From contig OZ220732.1 of assembly GCA_965116905.1 (NCBI GenBank), positions 3,840,001 to 3,904,000 of the forward strand: DNA of 64,000 bases, written 5' to 3'. The position numbers and the translations under genes are program-made. The DNA is from Longimicrobiales bacterium. GTDB taxonomy: Bacteria > Gemmatimonadota > Gemmatimonadetes > Longimicrobiales > Gaopeijiaceae. Positions within the stretch are counted from its first letter, which is position 1, and each line of letters starts with the position of its first letter. Of the stretch, positions 49,173-59,729 are shown in pieces. Below the pieces are notes generated by a model. That model did no database searches. It was given only the letters and a program-made list of their open reading frames with translations, and was not told the DNA's origin.

Positions 49173-51050
49173 CTATCGTCTGCGGTAGACCGTGATTCCG
49201 CCCCCTACGCCACCCGATACCAGGTCGCGGTCCCCATCCCCGTCGATGTCGACGAAGACGGGTGCGGTGAATGTGGGGACTGCGGGCGCAAAAGGCACGG
49301 TCTCGACGAAAACCGGCGCGCCGGGCGAACCCTCGTTCAGGTAGAACAGAAGCCCGGAGGCCTCCGTTCCCACGGCGAGATCCAGGTCGCCGTCGCCGTC
49401 CAGATCGAGAATGGCGGGAACGCTCCGGCGGCCGACATCGATGTCCTGGAATTCGTCCGAGACGAGCACGAAGTCGGGCGAACCCGGGCCGCCGTCGTTG
49501 CGGTAGTAGTTGAGCATGCCGGACGACTCGCCGACGATGAGGTCGAGGTCGCCGTCCGCGTCCAGGTCTCCCAGCGCGGGAGTGGTGTTGCGCCCCCGCG
49601 TGAGTGTGGCCGCCGCCGAATCCACAAGGGTCCAGCGCGGCAGCACGTCCTCCGGACCGCGGTTCCCGGCCGCACCGCCACCGCGGCCGCCGTCGTTGCG
49701 GTAGTAGGCGACACGGTCGCGCCACTCGCCCAGCAGCATGTCGTCGTCGCCGTCGCCGTCGAGATCTCCGAACGCGGGGGCATAGTGATACGCCTCCGGG
49801 AGGCCCGGCACCGGACCCCGCGCGGTGAAGGCGGGTGCGGTGGGTGAACCGGTGTTCTCGAACACGAAGAGCCGGCCGCTGCGGGTGTCCCCAGGCTCGA
49901 TCTTGTTGGACACCAGCAGATCCAGGTCGCCGTCGCCGTCGAGATCGGTGAACGCGGGAATCGACTCGCTGCCCACGTCGAGGCTGCGGATGAGGCGTTT
50001 TGTGGTCTCGGTGAACCCGCCGTCGGCACCCTGTTCGAACTGGTGAAGGTTGTCGACGGTGGTGAGATTCGGGTTGAAGGCCCCGCCCAGCACCCCCATG
50101 ATCAGGTCCATGTCGCCGTCCTGGTCGACGTCCCCCAGCGCGGGGGCGTTGTAGCCCGACGTGCCCACCGGGTCGCGCAGCGGGAACGGCCTCGGCACGC
50201 CCCTGAGCACGGGACGGCGACAGCTGCCGGTGTTCTCGATGAAGAGGAGGCCGGGCTCGAAGAAGTCGCCCCAGAAGAGGTCGTGGTCGCCGTCCGCGTC
50301 GACGTCGCCGAGCGCCATGGTGTTCGCGCCGTGCAGACTGCCCTGGAACGCGCCGACGATTTCGATGTCCTCGAACGAGTCCGTGACGTGACGGAAGAGC
50401 GGCACGCCGTCCTCGTCGATCGACTCGGCTTCGTAGCGCGTAATTGTGCCGGTGAGGCGGCCGATCAGGAGGTCGAGCATCCCGTCGCAGTCGATGTCCG
50501 CCGCGTTGGGAATGTTCTGGCGGTCGGAGAAGACGGGTTCCCCCGCGACATCCTTGATCGTGTCGGTCGCCAGGACGTAGGCGGCCGGCCCCGTCCCGCC
50601 GTCGTTGCGGTAGTAGCGGATGTAGCTGAAGGGCTCTTCGGCGAGGAGGTCGAGGTCTCCGTCGAGATCCACGTCCACGAACCGGAACCATTCGCCCACC
50701 GGCAGGTCCTCGAAGGCGTCGGTGACCCAGCGGTAGACCGGGGGACCGCCTTCGGACTCGTTGCGGAAGAACATCACCCGGTTCGACCGCTCCTGGATGA
50801 AGAGGTCCAGATCGCCGTCGCCATCCGCATCGGCGAGCTGGGGACGGGGGAGGTTGAAGCCGCCCAGGAAGGGATGATCGACCGGATCCCCCGCCTCGTC
50901 CGTGACTGCGATGCCGGTGACGACGCGCTCCCAGTCGGAGGCCGAGGCGGACGATACCGGAGCCGGAGGCGGCGGGGCCGGCGCCGGGGCACAGACGCCG
51001 ATGAACCCCGAAAGGATCAGGACGGCGGCGGTTGTGCGGCCGAGGGTCAC
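49173..51050 (-). CDS. FG-GAP/VCBS-repeat secreted protein
   Basis: Many DxDGDGDLDL repeats; GTG start overlapping the upstream stop; hydrophobic N-terminus. Confidence 0.85.
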   Translation of the reverse strand: MTLGRTTAAVLILSGFIGVCAPAPAPPPPAPVSSASASDWERVVTGIAVTDEAGDPVDHPFLGGFNLPRPQLADADGDGDLDLFIQERSNRVMFFRNESEGGPPVYRWVTDAFEDLPVGEWFRFVDVDLDGDLDLLAEEPFSYIRYYRNDGGTGPAAYVLATDTIKDVAGEPVFSDRQNIPNAADIDCDGMLDLLIGRLTGTITRYEAESIDEDGVPLFRHVTDSFEDIEIVGAFQGSLHGANTMALGDVDADGDHDLFWGDFFEPGLLFIENTGSCRRPVLRGVPRPFPLRDPVGTSGYNAPALGDVDQDGDMDLIMGVLGGAFNPNLTTVDNLHQFEQGADGGFTETTKRLIRSLDVGSESIPAFTDLDGDGDLDLLVSNKIEPGDTRSGRLFVFENTGSPTAPAFTARGPVPGLPEAYHYAPAFGDLDGDGDDDMLLGEWRDRVAYYRNDGGRGGGAAGNRGPEDVLPRWTLVDSAAATLTRGRNTTPALGDLDADGDLDLIVGESSGMLNYYRNDGGPGSPDFVLVSDEFQDIDVGRRSVPAILDLDGDGDLDLAVGTEASGLLFYLNEGSPGAPVFVETVPFAPAVPTFTAPVFVDIDGDGDRDLVSGGVGGGITVYRRR

Positions 51051-52375
51051 GGGAGGGTGGGTCCCGGCTGCGCCGGCGTTGGCACGCCTGGCGGCGCATC
51101 GGTGGGCGGCGCTCCGCCTGGCGACGCATCGGTGGGCGGCGCTCCGGTCGGCGGCGCTCCGGCCGGGCCCGACGCGGCCACCGCGCCCAGCGAGATCCCG
51201 GCCGGATACGTCCCGACCTCGATCGTCTGCACGACCTCCAGCGTCCGGGTGTCGATCTTCACCACCGTGCCCACGTCGGCGTTGTTTTCCACCCGGCGCG
51301 TGGGCGTGTAGGCGCCCTTCAGGTTCCGGTTCGACACGAAGAGGTAGCGGCCGTCGGCCGTCACCGCGCTGCCGTGCGGTTCCACGATGCCCGGCGCGGT
51401 GATCCGCCGCACGACGGACCAGCCCTCCGTCTCGACCACCACGACCGCGTCGTCGTCCTTGGCGCCGAAGTACACCCGGTCCCCGCTCGGCGAGAAGACC
51501 GGGTGCCACGGCTGGGTCCCCACATCGATCTCGGCAACGAGGCCGAGCGCCGGAGTCGTGGCGTCGAAGACCAGGAGCTTTCCGGTGAGCTGCGTCGTGG
51601 CGACGAGATGGCGGCCGTCGGGAGACAGCGCGAACTGCACGAGGGTGTGGGGCGGTCCCTCGATGTCCACCAGTTCCAGCGCCTCGGTGCCGCCTTCCAC
51701 CACCGCGACGCGGTTCTCGACCAGCGAGGCCGTGAAGATGCGGTTCGTGGCCGGGTCGATGGTCAGCGCGTGCGGCCGCGGGAAGAACACGTCCAGCTCC
51801 TGGACGGTCATGTCGTCGCGGTCGATCTCGCCGATGCGCTGGGGCGGATTGACCGCCATCATCGAACGGCCCACGTAGAGCCGGTCGCTGGACGGGTCGA
51901 TGGACAACAGCCCGGGCGTCTCGAAGGGCGCGCGGCTGACCAGTTCATTGTCCGCGTTGAAGCGGAGGACGTTGCCGCCGCCGATCAGCGAGACGTACCA
52001 GTGGCTGCCGTCCGGGTCGACCGCCGTGTGGTGGGGGCGGCAGTTGGGGTCGAAGCCGAGCTGGGTGAGGTCGATGGTCTGGAGGACCGTTCCCGACGCC
52101 GCGTCGATGACGGAAACGCTGGCGGCGGCCTGGTTGGCAACGTACACGCGCTCGGCCGTTGCGGTCTGGCCGTGCGCGACCGTCGCGGCGCCGTTCAGTG
52201 CCGCGGCAGCGAAGGCCGGCAGGACCGCGAGGAGTCCGTGGACGAGGGCGCCCGAGCGGCGAGAGTGCCGAGAGCGGCGACCGTGGCGAGGCGCCGGGCC
52301 GGCTTGGCGCGTTGCCGCGCGAGGGGTAAGCGACAAGGTCATCACTGCGCCTTTCGACCGGGAGAACACTCTCAC
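51047..52375 (-). CDS. YVTN/YncE-family beta-propeller, secreted
   Basis: VYVANQ, VSVID, PHH/PHA/PWH/PHG blades, IEVGTYPAGI; Pro-rich tail; start 52375 or 52342. Confidence 0.8.
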   Translation of the reverse strand: MRVFSRSKGAVMTLSLTPRAATRQAGPAPRHGRRSRHSRRSGALVHGLLAVLPAFAAAALNGAATVAHGQTATAERVYVANQAAASVSVIDAASGTVLQTIDLTQLGFDPNCRPHHTAVDPDGSHWYVSLIGGGNVLRFNADNELVSRAPFETPGLLSIDPSSDRLYVGRSMMAVNPPQRIGEIDRDDMTVQELDVFFPRPHALTIDPATNRIFTASLVENRVAVVEGGTEALELVDIEGPPHTLVQFALSPDGRHLVATTQLTGKLLVFDATTPALGLVAEIDVGTQPWHPVFSPSGDRVYFGAKDDDAVVVVETEGWSVVRRITAPGIVEPHGSAVTADGRYLFVSNRNLKGAYTPTRRVENNADVGTVVKIDTRTLEVVQTIEVGTYPAGISLGAVAASGPAGAPPTGAPPTDASPGGAPPTDAPPGVPTPAQPGPTLP

Positions 52376-52376
52376 G

Positions 52377-52414
52377 TCAGGAGACGGGCGTGCGCATCAG
52401 GAGACGGGCGTGCG
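52377..52414. repeat. 18-bp direct duplication of a gene 3' end (tcaggagacgggcgtgcg x2)
   Basis: Copies at 52377-52394 and 52397-52414. Confidence 0.8.
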
Positions 52415-54754
52415 GTTCCGCTTCTTGACCAGGAACAGTCCCTGTGACCCCGAAGTCACGACGATGACCCCGGATGCGAAGAACGGATAGTTGCTCCAGG
52501 AACCGTCCATCGACGGGGAGTCCTCGCCCGGCACCGTGTCGAAGAACGCGACTTCGAGCGGGTTGACCGCATCGGAGATGTCCAGAACACGCAGTCCGCT
52601 GTTGTAGTTGGACTGGTACATCAGGTCGCCGACGATGTAGAGGTTGTGATCGCTGGCCGTGTTTTCCGAAATATGCTCCTTGACCATGATCGGCTCGTCC
52701 AGGTCGCTGACGTCCCAGATGAGAGTCCGCGTCCCCTGCGTGAGCCCGCCCACCTCGTCCAGCTCGTCGTTCATGTAGAAGTAGGCCTGATCCTCGGTGA
52801 GCCAGCCCTGATGCGTGTAGGCGGCGTTGGGGTATACGCCCATCGCCAGGGCGATCGGATTGTCCTTGTCGGTGACGTCGGCGATGCTCAGCGCGGTCTC
52901 GTTGGAGCCGAAGCAGATCTCCTTGCCGGCATGCTCCTGGTCGGGTCCGTCGTAGATGACGCACTGCGCGTCATGGGAGTAGCCGGTGCCCGACCTGCCC
53001 GTGGTCGGGTCGGCGAAGCACCCCACGAAGACCGGGTCCTGGGGCTCCTGGATGTTGATCATGTGGAGCCCGCCGCCACAGGTGTCGCCGCCCCCGCTGC
53101 TGCCGACGGCGTACGCGAACCCTGTTTCCTCGTTGATCACGATGTTGTGAACGCTGTTGACCCGGTCGTAGTGCGCGTTCATGTCGAAGGTGAGCATCTC
53201 GCCGGCGAAGTCGCGCAGCCGTGTGAGGTCGAACACCTGCATGCCGTGGTCGGCCGCCCCGTCCGCCACGATGAACACGTGATCGCGATAGACCTTCATG
53301 TCCCTCCAGATGCTTCCTGGCGCCCATTCCGGCTTGGGCAGGTTGCCGACGACGACCGGGTTGACCGGGTCGGTCACATCCACGAAGGACGTGCCGTCCA
53401 TCCGTCCGACTATGGCGTAGTCGCGCTGGGAATCGGGATCCGTCCATCCCCACACGTCGTTGACGCGCACGCCGCGGCTGCCGCCCAGATCCTCGACCGG
53501 CACGAACGAGACCAGGTCCACATCGCTGCACCCGAACGCGGACGCGCTCCCCTCGGCGCAGTCGACCTGGCCGCCGAGCACGGGGTCCATTCCCGTGATG
53601 TCCGTGAAGACGGAGTAACCCTCGGTCCAGCCGTCACCGTCACGCTCGAGGATCAGTGTCGTGCCCGCGCCGTAGTCGTCCCGGGGCATCCCCGAGACCA
53701 GCACCCCGTTGCCGTAGGCCACCCTCGTGCCCATCCAGGCTCCGGGTGTGGGTGCGGGATCGGTCAGCTTCATCGCGGAGGCCCAGCCACCCGCACCGTC
53801 GCCGACAAACTCGTAGATGCCGCCCCTGCGAGTGTCCACCCCCGGAGCGCCCACCCAGAGCGTCGGTCCGTCGGTCGCCATTGTGGACCCGAACTGGTCT
53901 CCGGGAGATCCGTCGAAGGCGCCGAGCTGGCCCACCGCGGTCCACGCACCGTCGTCGCTACCGTCGCCGCGAGCGAAGACGAACACCGCCCCCGGGTCGT
54001 TCAACGTATGCCCTGCGGCCACGAGGATACGGTCTTCCATGATCAGCGCGGAGGTGCCCAGGTAGGTTCCGCCTGCTGCTGCGAGCTCGGCGGTCATGGC
54101 CCACCCGTCGGGGCCGTTTTGGTAGACGAACGCGACACCCATCGCGGAATCGGCAACCGGAGCACCCACGACCAGCAGGTCGTCGGAAAGCGCGATCGCT
54201 CCGCCGAAACCGATCCTCTCCCCTGGCCGGGGGGACTCCAGCTCGGCCTCCTGGATCCAGGAGCCGTCGACGTGGCGGAACAGCCGGACGGTTCCGTCCT
54301 GGCGCATCGAGGCCGTGGCCACCGCCGCGCGATCGCCACTCAGCGCCGCGAGGCCCATCATCGTACCTTCGGGAAACCCATCGGCGACGACCATCCCGTC
54401 ATGGGTCCACCCGGTCCCCGTGCGGACGTACGAATGGATGCCACCGCCCTGGGGCGAGCGCGGGTTCATGGCAGTCACGAGCATCCGGTCCCGCGATACG
54501 GCGATCCCGTAGCCGAATCCGTCGCCGACGGAGGGCTCCGGGGCCGTCAGCCGGCCGGCTTCGACCCAGCGGTTCCCCTCCCGAACGTAGGTGTAGATGC
54601 CCCCTTCGCTGGAGCCGCCAAACGCGGGGTCCGCCACCAGCACCTCGTTGCCCCAGACCGCCACGCTTCCTCCGAACCCCTGCGCAACCAGCGAGCCGGG
54701 GAGCAGTACCACCGCCACCAGCCCTGCGCGAACAACCGTCGACACTCTTCCCAT
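52397..54754 (-). CDS. Choice-of-anchor B family protein with N-terminal FG-GAP-like repeats
   Basis: NDVWGWTD, WRDMKVY, HGMQVFDLTRL, HNIVIN, YSHDAQC, YTHQGW, DELDE, DHNLY, GSWSNYPFF. Confidence 0.85.
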   Translation of the reverse strand: MGRVSTVVRAGLVAVVLLPGSLVAQGFGGSVAVWGNEVLVADPAFGGSSEGGIYTYVREGNRWVEAGRLTAPEPSVGDGFGYGIAVSRDRMLVTAMNPRSPQGGGIHSYVRTGTGWTHDGMVVADGFPEGTMMGLAALSGDRAAVATASMRQDGTVRLFRHVDGSWIQEAELESPRPGERIGFGGAIALSDDLLVVGAPVADSAMGVAFVYQNGPDGWAMTAELAAAGGTYLGTSALIMEDRILVAAGHTLNDPGAVFVFARGDGSDDGAWTAVGQLGAFDGSPGDQFGSTMATDGPTLWVGAPGVDTRRGGIYEFVGDGAGGWASAMKLTDPAPTPGAWMGTRVAYGNGVLVSGMPRDDYGAGTTLILERDGDGWTEGYSVFTDITGMDPVLGGQVDCAEGSASAFGCSDVDLVSFVPVEDLGGSRGVRVNDVWGWTDPDSQRDYAIVGRMDGTSFVDVTDPVNPVVVGNLPKPEWAPGSIWRDMKVYRDHVFIVADGAADHGMQVFDLTRLRDFAGEMLTFDMNAHYDRVNSVHNIVINEETGFAYAVGSSGGGDTCGGGLHMINIQEPQDPVFVGCFADPTTGRSGTGYSHDAQCVIYDGPDQEHAGKEICFGSNETALSIADVTDKDNPIALAMGVYPNAAYTHQGWLTEDQAYFYMNDELDEVGGLTQGTRTLIWDVSDLDEPIMVKEHISENTASDHNLYIVGDLMYQSNYNSGLRVLDISDAVNPLEVAFFDTVPGEDSPSMDGSWSNYPFFASGVIVVTSGSQGLFLVKKRNRTPVS

Positions 54755-54881
54755 TTTCCCTTTCCTGACCATCATCGATGACAAGGCGACAAGATAGTAA
54801 GGCTGGCACTAAAGGTGCGCGCGGACAAGACTACATTCAGGTGTCGCTGGGGAGATTCAGGCATCGGCGAGGAGACGCAAC

Positions 54882-55667
54882 ATGCATGTCACCTACTTCA
54901 TTCCGGGGCCGCTCTCGCGCGGTCCTCTCGGGTCCGGGGAACTGGAGCGGCGCCGGGCGTATCTGGAACGCCACGCGGCTCCCGGCACAACCGTTGCGGT
55001 TCAGGACAGCGAGGACGGACCGGCGTCAATCGAAAGCTCGGCGGAGGAAGCCCTGAGCGTGCCGTCCCTGCTGGCCGCGGCTCCCCGGCTCGAGTCGAGC
55101 GGAACGAATGCCATCATCGTAGGCTGTTTCGGTGATCCCGGACTATGCGCCGTCCGTGAGGTCACCGGCATTCCCGTGGTGGGTCCCGGCCAGGCGAGCG
55201 GCCACCTTGCGGCCCAGCTCGGCGATCGCTTTGCGGTTTTGACGGTGGTGGACGAGGTGGTTCCCTCCGTGTACAGGCAGATGCGTGGTCACGGCCTGGA
55301 GGGGTTCGTCTCGGAGGTGCGGGCGGTGGAGGTGCCGGTTCTGGAGCTGCGCAGCCGGCGCGACGAGGTGCTGGTCACGCTTGAAGGCGAGGGGCGCGCG
55401 GCCATATCGAACGGTGCCGACACGATCGTCCTCGGATGCATGACGATGGGCTTTCTGGACGTCGCACGGGATTTGCAAGCGCGTCTGGGCGTGCCGGTCG
55501 TCAATCCCGCCGTGGCTGCGCTCAAGGCTGCAGAGGGAATGGTCGCGTCCGGTCTGGTGCCGTCCGCGCGTGCCTATCCGACCCCTCGCAAGGAGCTGAA
55601 GGAGGCCGGCGTTGCGGCAACCTCAGGACAGCGCGACAACCAGCGGGGCAGCCACCCGCTTGAGTAG
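54882..55667 (+). CDS. Asp/Glu/hydantoin racemase family protein
   Basis: GPASIES, GCFGDPG, VLGCMTM, GVPVVNP. Confidence 0.85.
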   Translation: MHVTYFIPGPLSRGPLGSGELERRRAYLERHAAPGTTVAVQDSEDGPASIESSAEEALSVPSLLAAAPRLESSGTNAIIVGCFGDPGLCAVREVTGIPVVGPGQASGHLAAQLGDRFAVLTVVDEVVPSVYRQMRGHGLEGFVSEVRAVEVPVLELRSRRDEVLVTLEGEGRAAISNGADTIVLGCMTMGFLDVARDLQARLGVPVVNPAVAALKAAEGMVASGLVPSARAYPTPRKELKEAGVAATSGQRDNQRGSHPLE

Positions 55668-57410
55668 CCACGACGCTTCCGTGAAGCCGGCTACCACCTG
55701 GTTGACCTGGCGCCGCAGGTCGGTCACCACGAATGGAAACAGCTCCGGCTCCTCTTCCTCCTTCAGGGCGGCCAGCTCGGGCACTCTGGCAAGCCTGGGA
55801 ATGGGAACCCGAGGCGTCGCCGGATCGTGCTCGAACCGGGGTCCTGCGGCGTATCCGATGGGAACCAGGATCCGTGCCAGTCGAAGCAGCGTCTCGTTTG
55901 CCACATCAGGTTCGAGACTGCCGTCTTCGATCGTGTCGTAGAAGGCGTTCAGCCGCTCCAACAGTTCATCGTAGGCATCTCTTACCGGCGCCAGGTTGAA
56001 CACCTTGCCGAGGTCCTTGTCGATCGTTTCTTCATACGCCGCCAGAGCATCTCCCAGTTCGGCCATCGTCGCCCGGAAATCCAGTGGCAGCACTTCGTCG
56101 TCGAGGAACCTCCCGATGGCGGTCAGATAGACCCGGAGGTCGCGTTCCAGGTTGGCGCGGTCCGCGACCTCGATCCGATCCTTCTCGGTGTGCCACGCGA
56201 TGTTGCCCCCGCAGCCGCCCACGGGATAGAACCCGAGCCGGTCCCGCTCCTCCTCGGGGATGTTGGACAGCAGCATGAAAAACGAGGTAAGGCCGATCTG
56301 GTCAAACGAATAGTCCCCCGCCCTCAGGGGCCGCTGGCGGGTCGGCTCGACACCCGCCACGGAATGGATGGAGGACCGGCAGACCTCTTCCGCCTCGGCC
56401 ATCCACGGTACGGCGTCATACTCGGTCGCGCCCCAGCACCCCGGCGAGTCGATGTTGACCGCGGCCACGCACTGCCGGGAGAGTTCGAGAGCGAACTGGT
56501 CCGCGTACCAGGTCGAGCCACCGTAGCGGCCGGTGGAATGCGCAGGCCACCAGGCCACCCGTAGCGACCGCCGCAGGTCCTCCCGGTGTTGGTAGAAGAT
56601 GTGCGCCAACTCGAGCAGGGTCGCGTCGCCCACCGCATTGTCGCCGATCCCGACGTCCCACGAGTCGTAGTGGCCGTGCGCGAGGACGAACTCCTCCTCT
56701 CGGCCATCGATGCGCGCGACAGGGAGCTGGCAGGGGTACCAGCCTTCCTCGAGGTCGGTGTGGAGCGTAATCGCGTCCAGCCCGTCCGCGATCGCTTCCA
56801 CCAACTGGTTCCCGTCCCAGCGATCAATGGCTGCCACCGGGCTGGTGGGACGCTGCCCCAGCTGCGACGCACCCGGCGTACCCCACACGGTCGTGCAGAT
56901 TCCCCAGTGGACGCGGCTGCCCGGATTGATGTACACCTGGCCGGCGGCGCCCGCGGCCTCGAAGCGCGCGACGGACACGGGCATCGGCATCCCCTCGGTC
57001 ACCACGATCTTGCCGGCAATGTCGTCCGGGAGTGAACCATGCGCAGACTTGAACAGATCGGCGGCGTCGGTCGACGGGTTGGCCGGAACGTGGACGGGCG
57101 GCGCCGTCTGTCCCTTCGGGGGGGTCGACGCCGAGAACGAGGGCGGCTTGCCGGCGAAGCGCTCGCCCCCGAATTCGACCGATGCCCCCCGGGGTATGGA
57201 CAGGTAGAGGTCCGGCTCGTAGACGTCGTGGGGGATGCCCGCTTGCTGAAGGCGCGACACGATGTAGTGGGCGGCCGCACGCTCGTCCGGCGACCCGGAC
57301 TCGCGCACGAGCACCGCGAATCGCTCGATCAGGCTCCATCCTTCCGAGCCCTCCTCGAATGACACCTTTGACAGCAGAGATTCGATCAGACTGTTGGTAC
57401 CTCGGGACAT
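55623..57410 (-). CDS. M28 family metallopeptidase with PA domain
   Basis: RESGS, HGHYDSW, GIGDNAVG, NIDSPG, WHTEKD. Confidence 0.85.
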   Translation of the reverse strand: MSRGTNSLIESLLSKVSFEEGSEGWSLIERFAVLVRESGSPDERAAAHYIVSRLQQAGIPHDVYEPDLYLSIPRGASVEFGGERFAGKPPSFSASTPPKGQTAPPVHVPANPSTDAADLFKSAHGSLPDDIAGKIVVTEGMPMPVSVARFEAAGAAGQVYINPGSRVHWGICTTVWGTPGASQLGQRPTSPVAAIDRWDGNQLVEAIADGLDAITLHTDLEEGWYPCQLPVARIDGREEEFVLAHGHYDSWDVGIGDNAVGDATLLELAHIFYQHREDLRRSLRVAWWPAHSTGRYGGSTWYADQFALELSRQCVAAVNIDSPGCWGATEYDAVPWMAEAEEVCRSSIHSVAGVEPTRQRPLRAGDYSFDQIGLTSFFMLLSNIPEEERDRLGFYPVGGCGGNIAWHTEKDRIEVADRANLERDLRVYLTAIGRFLDDEVLPLDFRATMAELGDALAAYEETIDKDLGKVFNLAPVRDAYDELLERLNAFYDTIEDGSLEPDVANETLLRLARILVPIGYAAGPRFEHDPATPRVPIPRLARVPELAALKEEEEPELFPFVVTDLRRQVNQVVAGFTEASWLLKRVAAPLVVALS

Positions 57411-57590
57411 GACTTCCACGGGTTGGAGGCGTCGTGTTCCGGGAGTACAATAACCCACCCCGCAACCCCAACGACCCGTGAGTCCGCCCCGGCGTTGGCA
57501 CCGAGCCGGGAAAACAATCCCTCGGAATGACCGATTCTGTCGGATGAAGGAGCGCGGCGGTCGCAGCTCTGACGATCGACGGCACGCGGC

Positions 57591-58295
57591 TCACCAGTCC
57601 ATGGCGTCCGGCTCGGGCTCGTAGATCGCGAACCCCTTGCGGGTGATCAGGAAAGAGCCCGTCAGGACGAGCGCTGCGCCGACCAAAGCACCGCCGATGG
57701 CGATCGCCAGGGTGTGGTCGCTGGCCATGATGGCCTGGATCAACCGCAACGGACCCCCGAAGAGGCGGTCGACGAGGTACCCACCCGCCATGACCGCCCC
57801 CAGAGCAACCATCGCACCATAGGGAACCAGCAGCTTGATCTTGAAGCGAAGCACAAGCGCAAGGAGCACGGCCGACATCACCGAGAGCATGGTCCAGGCT
57901 CCCAGAAAGGCGGCGATGATGATGCGGATCAAGCCCAGGTCTCCCAGAAACGCGGGGCCCACGATACCACCAGCCGCAGCCATCGGCACTGCTCCCAGCG
58001 CCGCAATAAGGACCAGCGCCGTTAGGCGGGCTCCCGCAAGCGTCAAGGGGGTTACGGGGAGTGTGGTGAGCACCTCCAGGTTGCCCGTCATCCTGTCCTG
58101 AAGCGCATCAAACGGTATCTGCATGCCAAGTGCGCCACCAACCGCAGCTAGCCCGAAGCTCAGCACAGACGTTGGGGATTCCACCATGAGCGAGAAGACC
58201 ACAACCGCCAAGAGGAAGACACCAATTCGCACCAAGCCCTGGCGGAAACGTCGCAACTCGAGTCCCACCAGAGTCCAATAGGGTTGATCAGTCAT
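57591..58295 (-). CDS. ABC-2-type permease
   Basis: About six TM helices; DRMTGNLEVLTTLPVT motif; overlaps the ATPase stop. Confidence 0.8.
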   Translation of the reverse strand: MTDQPYWTLVGLELRRFRQGLVRIGVFLLAVVVFSLMVESPTSVLSFGLAAVGGALGMQIPFDALQDRMTGNLEVLTTLPVTPLTLAGARLTALVLIAALGAVPMAAAGGIVGPAFLGDLGLIRIIIAAFLGAWTMLSVMSAVLLALVLRFKIKLLVPYGAMVALGAVMAGGYLVDRLFGGPLRLIQAIMASDHTLAIAIGGALVGAALVLTGSFLITRKGFAIYEPEPDAMDW

Positions 58296-59004
58296 CGGAT
58301 TCCAAGGCTGAAATGAGGATTTGCGAGAGGGGAGCACCGGGATCGCGTTCCGCCAGCTCCTTCGTGGTGACGTCTTCGAGGATCCGTCCCTGCCGCATCA
58401 GGATGACGCGCTCGGCAATGAACTCCACGTCTTCGAGGATGTGACTGGAAAAGAGGACGAGACGATCACCGCCCGTGGGTGCGCAATCGCCGATGATCTT
58501 CAGTAACTCGCGGCGCTTGACCGGATCGATGGCCGTGGTGGGCTCGTCGAGTATGAGGACAGGTGGCCGGTGCGCCTCGGCCGTTACCAGAGACAGCTTG
58601 ACCGACATGCCCCTGGAAAGCGTGCCCACCTTCGACGCGCCCGGAAGCTCAAGGCGAGTGAGGAGTTCCTGTTCGTAGTCGCGGTCCCAGGTGGGGAAGA
58701 AGGTCGAGAGGAACCGCAGGTGCTCGTCGATGGTCATCCACCCGAATCCGAGCAGGCGTTCAGGGAGAAACCCGATGCGCGCCCTGACCCCCGGCAACTG
58801 GGCCTTGATGTCGCCTCCGTCCACCTCCACCCGGCCCTCGTATTCCCGAAGCCGACCCGCAATCGCCTTGAGGGTCGTGCTCTTCCCGGCCCCGTTCGCG
58901 CCAACCAACGCAACGCGTTCTCCCGGATCGACGGTCAAGTCCATCGGCTCCAGGAAGAAGTTGGAATACCGGACGCTGAATCCCCGCAGCCTCACCCCCG
59001 CCAT
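58288..59004 (-). CDS. ABC transporter ATP-binding protein
   Basis: GANGAGKST, LSRGM, LILDEPT, SSH; start MAGVRL. Confidence 0.92.
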   Translation of the reverse strand: MAGVRLRGFSVRYSNFFLEPMDLTVDPGERVALVGANGAGKSTTLKAIAGRLREYEGRVEVDGGDIKAQLPGVRARIGFLPERLLGFGWMTIDEHLRFLSTFFPTWDRDYEQELLTRLELPGASKVGTLSRGMSVKLSLVTAEAHRPPVLILDEPTTAIDPVKRRELLKIIGDCAPTGGDRLVLFSSHILEDVEFIAERVILMRQGRILEDVTTKELAERDPGAPLSQILISALESDD

Positions 59005-59048
59005 GTGGCAACCCCCACGCCGCCCGCCCACCCTCTCTCTCGTCCGCT

Positions 59049-59729
59049 CTACAATGTGACCCATGCTCGCGCTCCTGAAAAGGCCACCATCACGCCCCAG
59101 AAGAAAAGCGCCAGTCCGAGAGACGGCCGGAGCTCGGGGCCGTCGCACCGACGCAGAGCAATCACGAGGAACCCGAACCAGAGGAAATGACCCACCGAAA
59201 AACTCTGGGCGACCGCTAGCAGACCCGGGTTTGTGGCTGGGACGAAGGCAGCCACCCCCAGGTTGGCCTGGAGATCCGCGGGCGAGGTCGGGCTCCCACC
59301 TGTGGCCCAGTGCAGATAGAGGGCCTGCAACACGCCCTGCGCCGCCAAAATGGCCTCTCCATATAGCAATACGGAGAGCATCGGTCGGACGCGCCGCCGC
59401 GAGTTCGCCAGCACAAGCACAGCCCAACCCAGGGCTGTGAGAAGCCCCGCCTTGAGCAGGTGAACCAGGGGCGACATAACCGCTACTACCCCCAGTACAA
59501 AGAGAGTCCCCTGGGCAATCTCCGGTCCCTGGGTTGCCATGGCACTCAATACCAACGGCCGTAGCGAGAACGCCGCTACTACAGAGAACACCCATCCGAT
59601 CACCAGGGGTGGTACGATAGGGCGATGATCGCGAATGTCGTCCAGGCTGGGAACGAGCATGTTAAGAAAGTGCCGCAGCCGTCCCAGTATCCGTTGCATG
59701 CCTCCGGCGGCCCCCTCTTGTCCACTCAT
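59049..59729 (-). CDS. YIP1-like integral membrane protein
   Basis: MLVPS...IRDHRP N-terminus and about five TM helices; ATGA overlap with the redoxin gene. Confidence 0.6.
   Translation of the reverse strand: MSGQEGAAGGMQRILGRLRHFLNMLVPSLDDIRDHRPIVPPLVIGWVFSVVAAFSLRPLVLSAMATQGPEIAQGTLFVLGVVAVMSPLVHLLKAGLLTALGWAVLVLANSRRRVRPMLSVLLYGEAILAAQGVLQALYLHWATGGSPTSPADLQANLGVAAFVPATNPGLLAVAQSFSVGHFLWFGFLVIALRRCDGPELRPSLGLALFFWGVMVAFSGARAWVTL

Noticed and set aside
58288..59595. 435-aa ABC ORF with a long N-terminal extension
   Set aside because: The extension overlaps the YIP1-like gene in another frame; the real start is the ATG at 59004.
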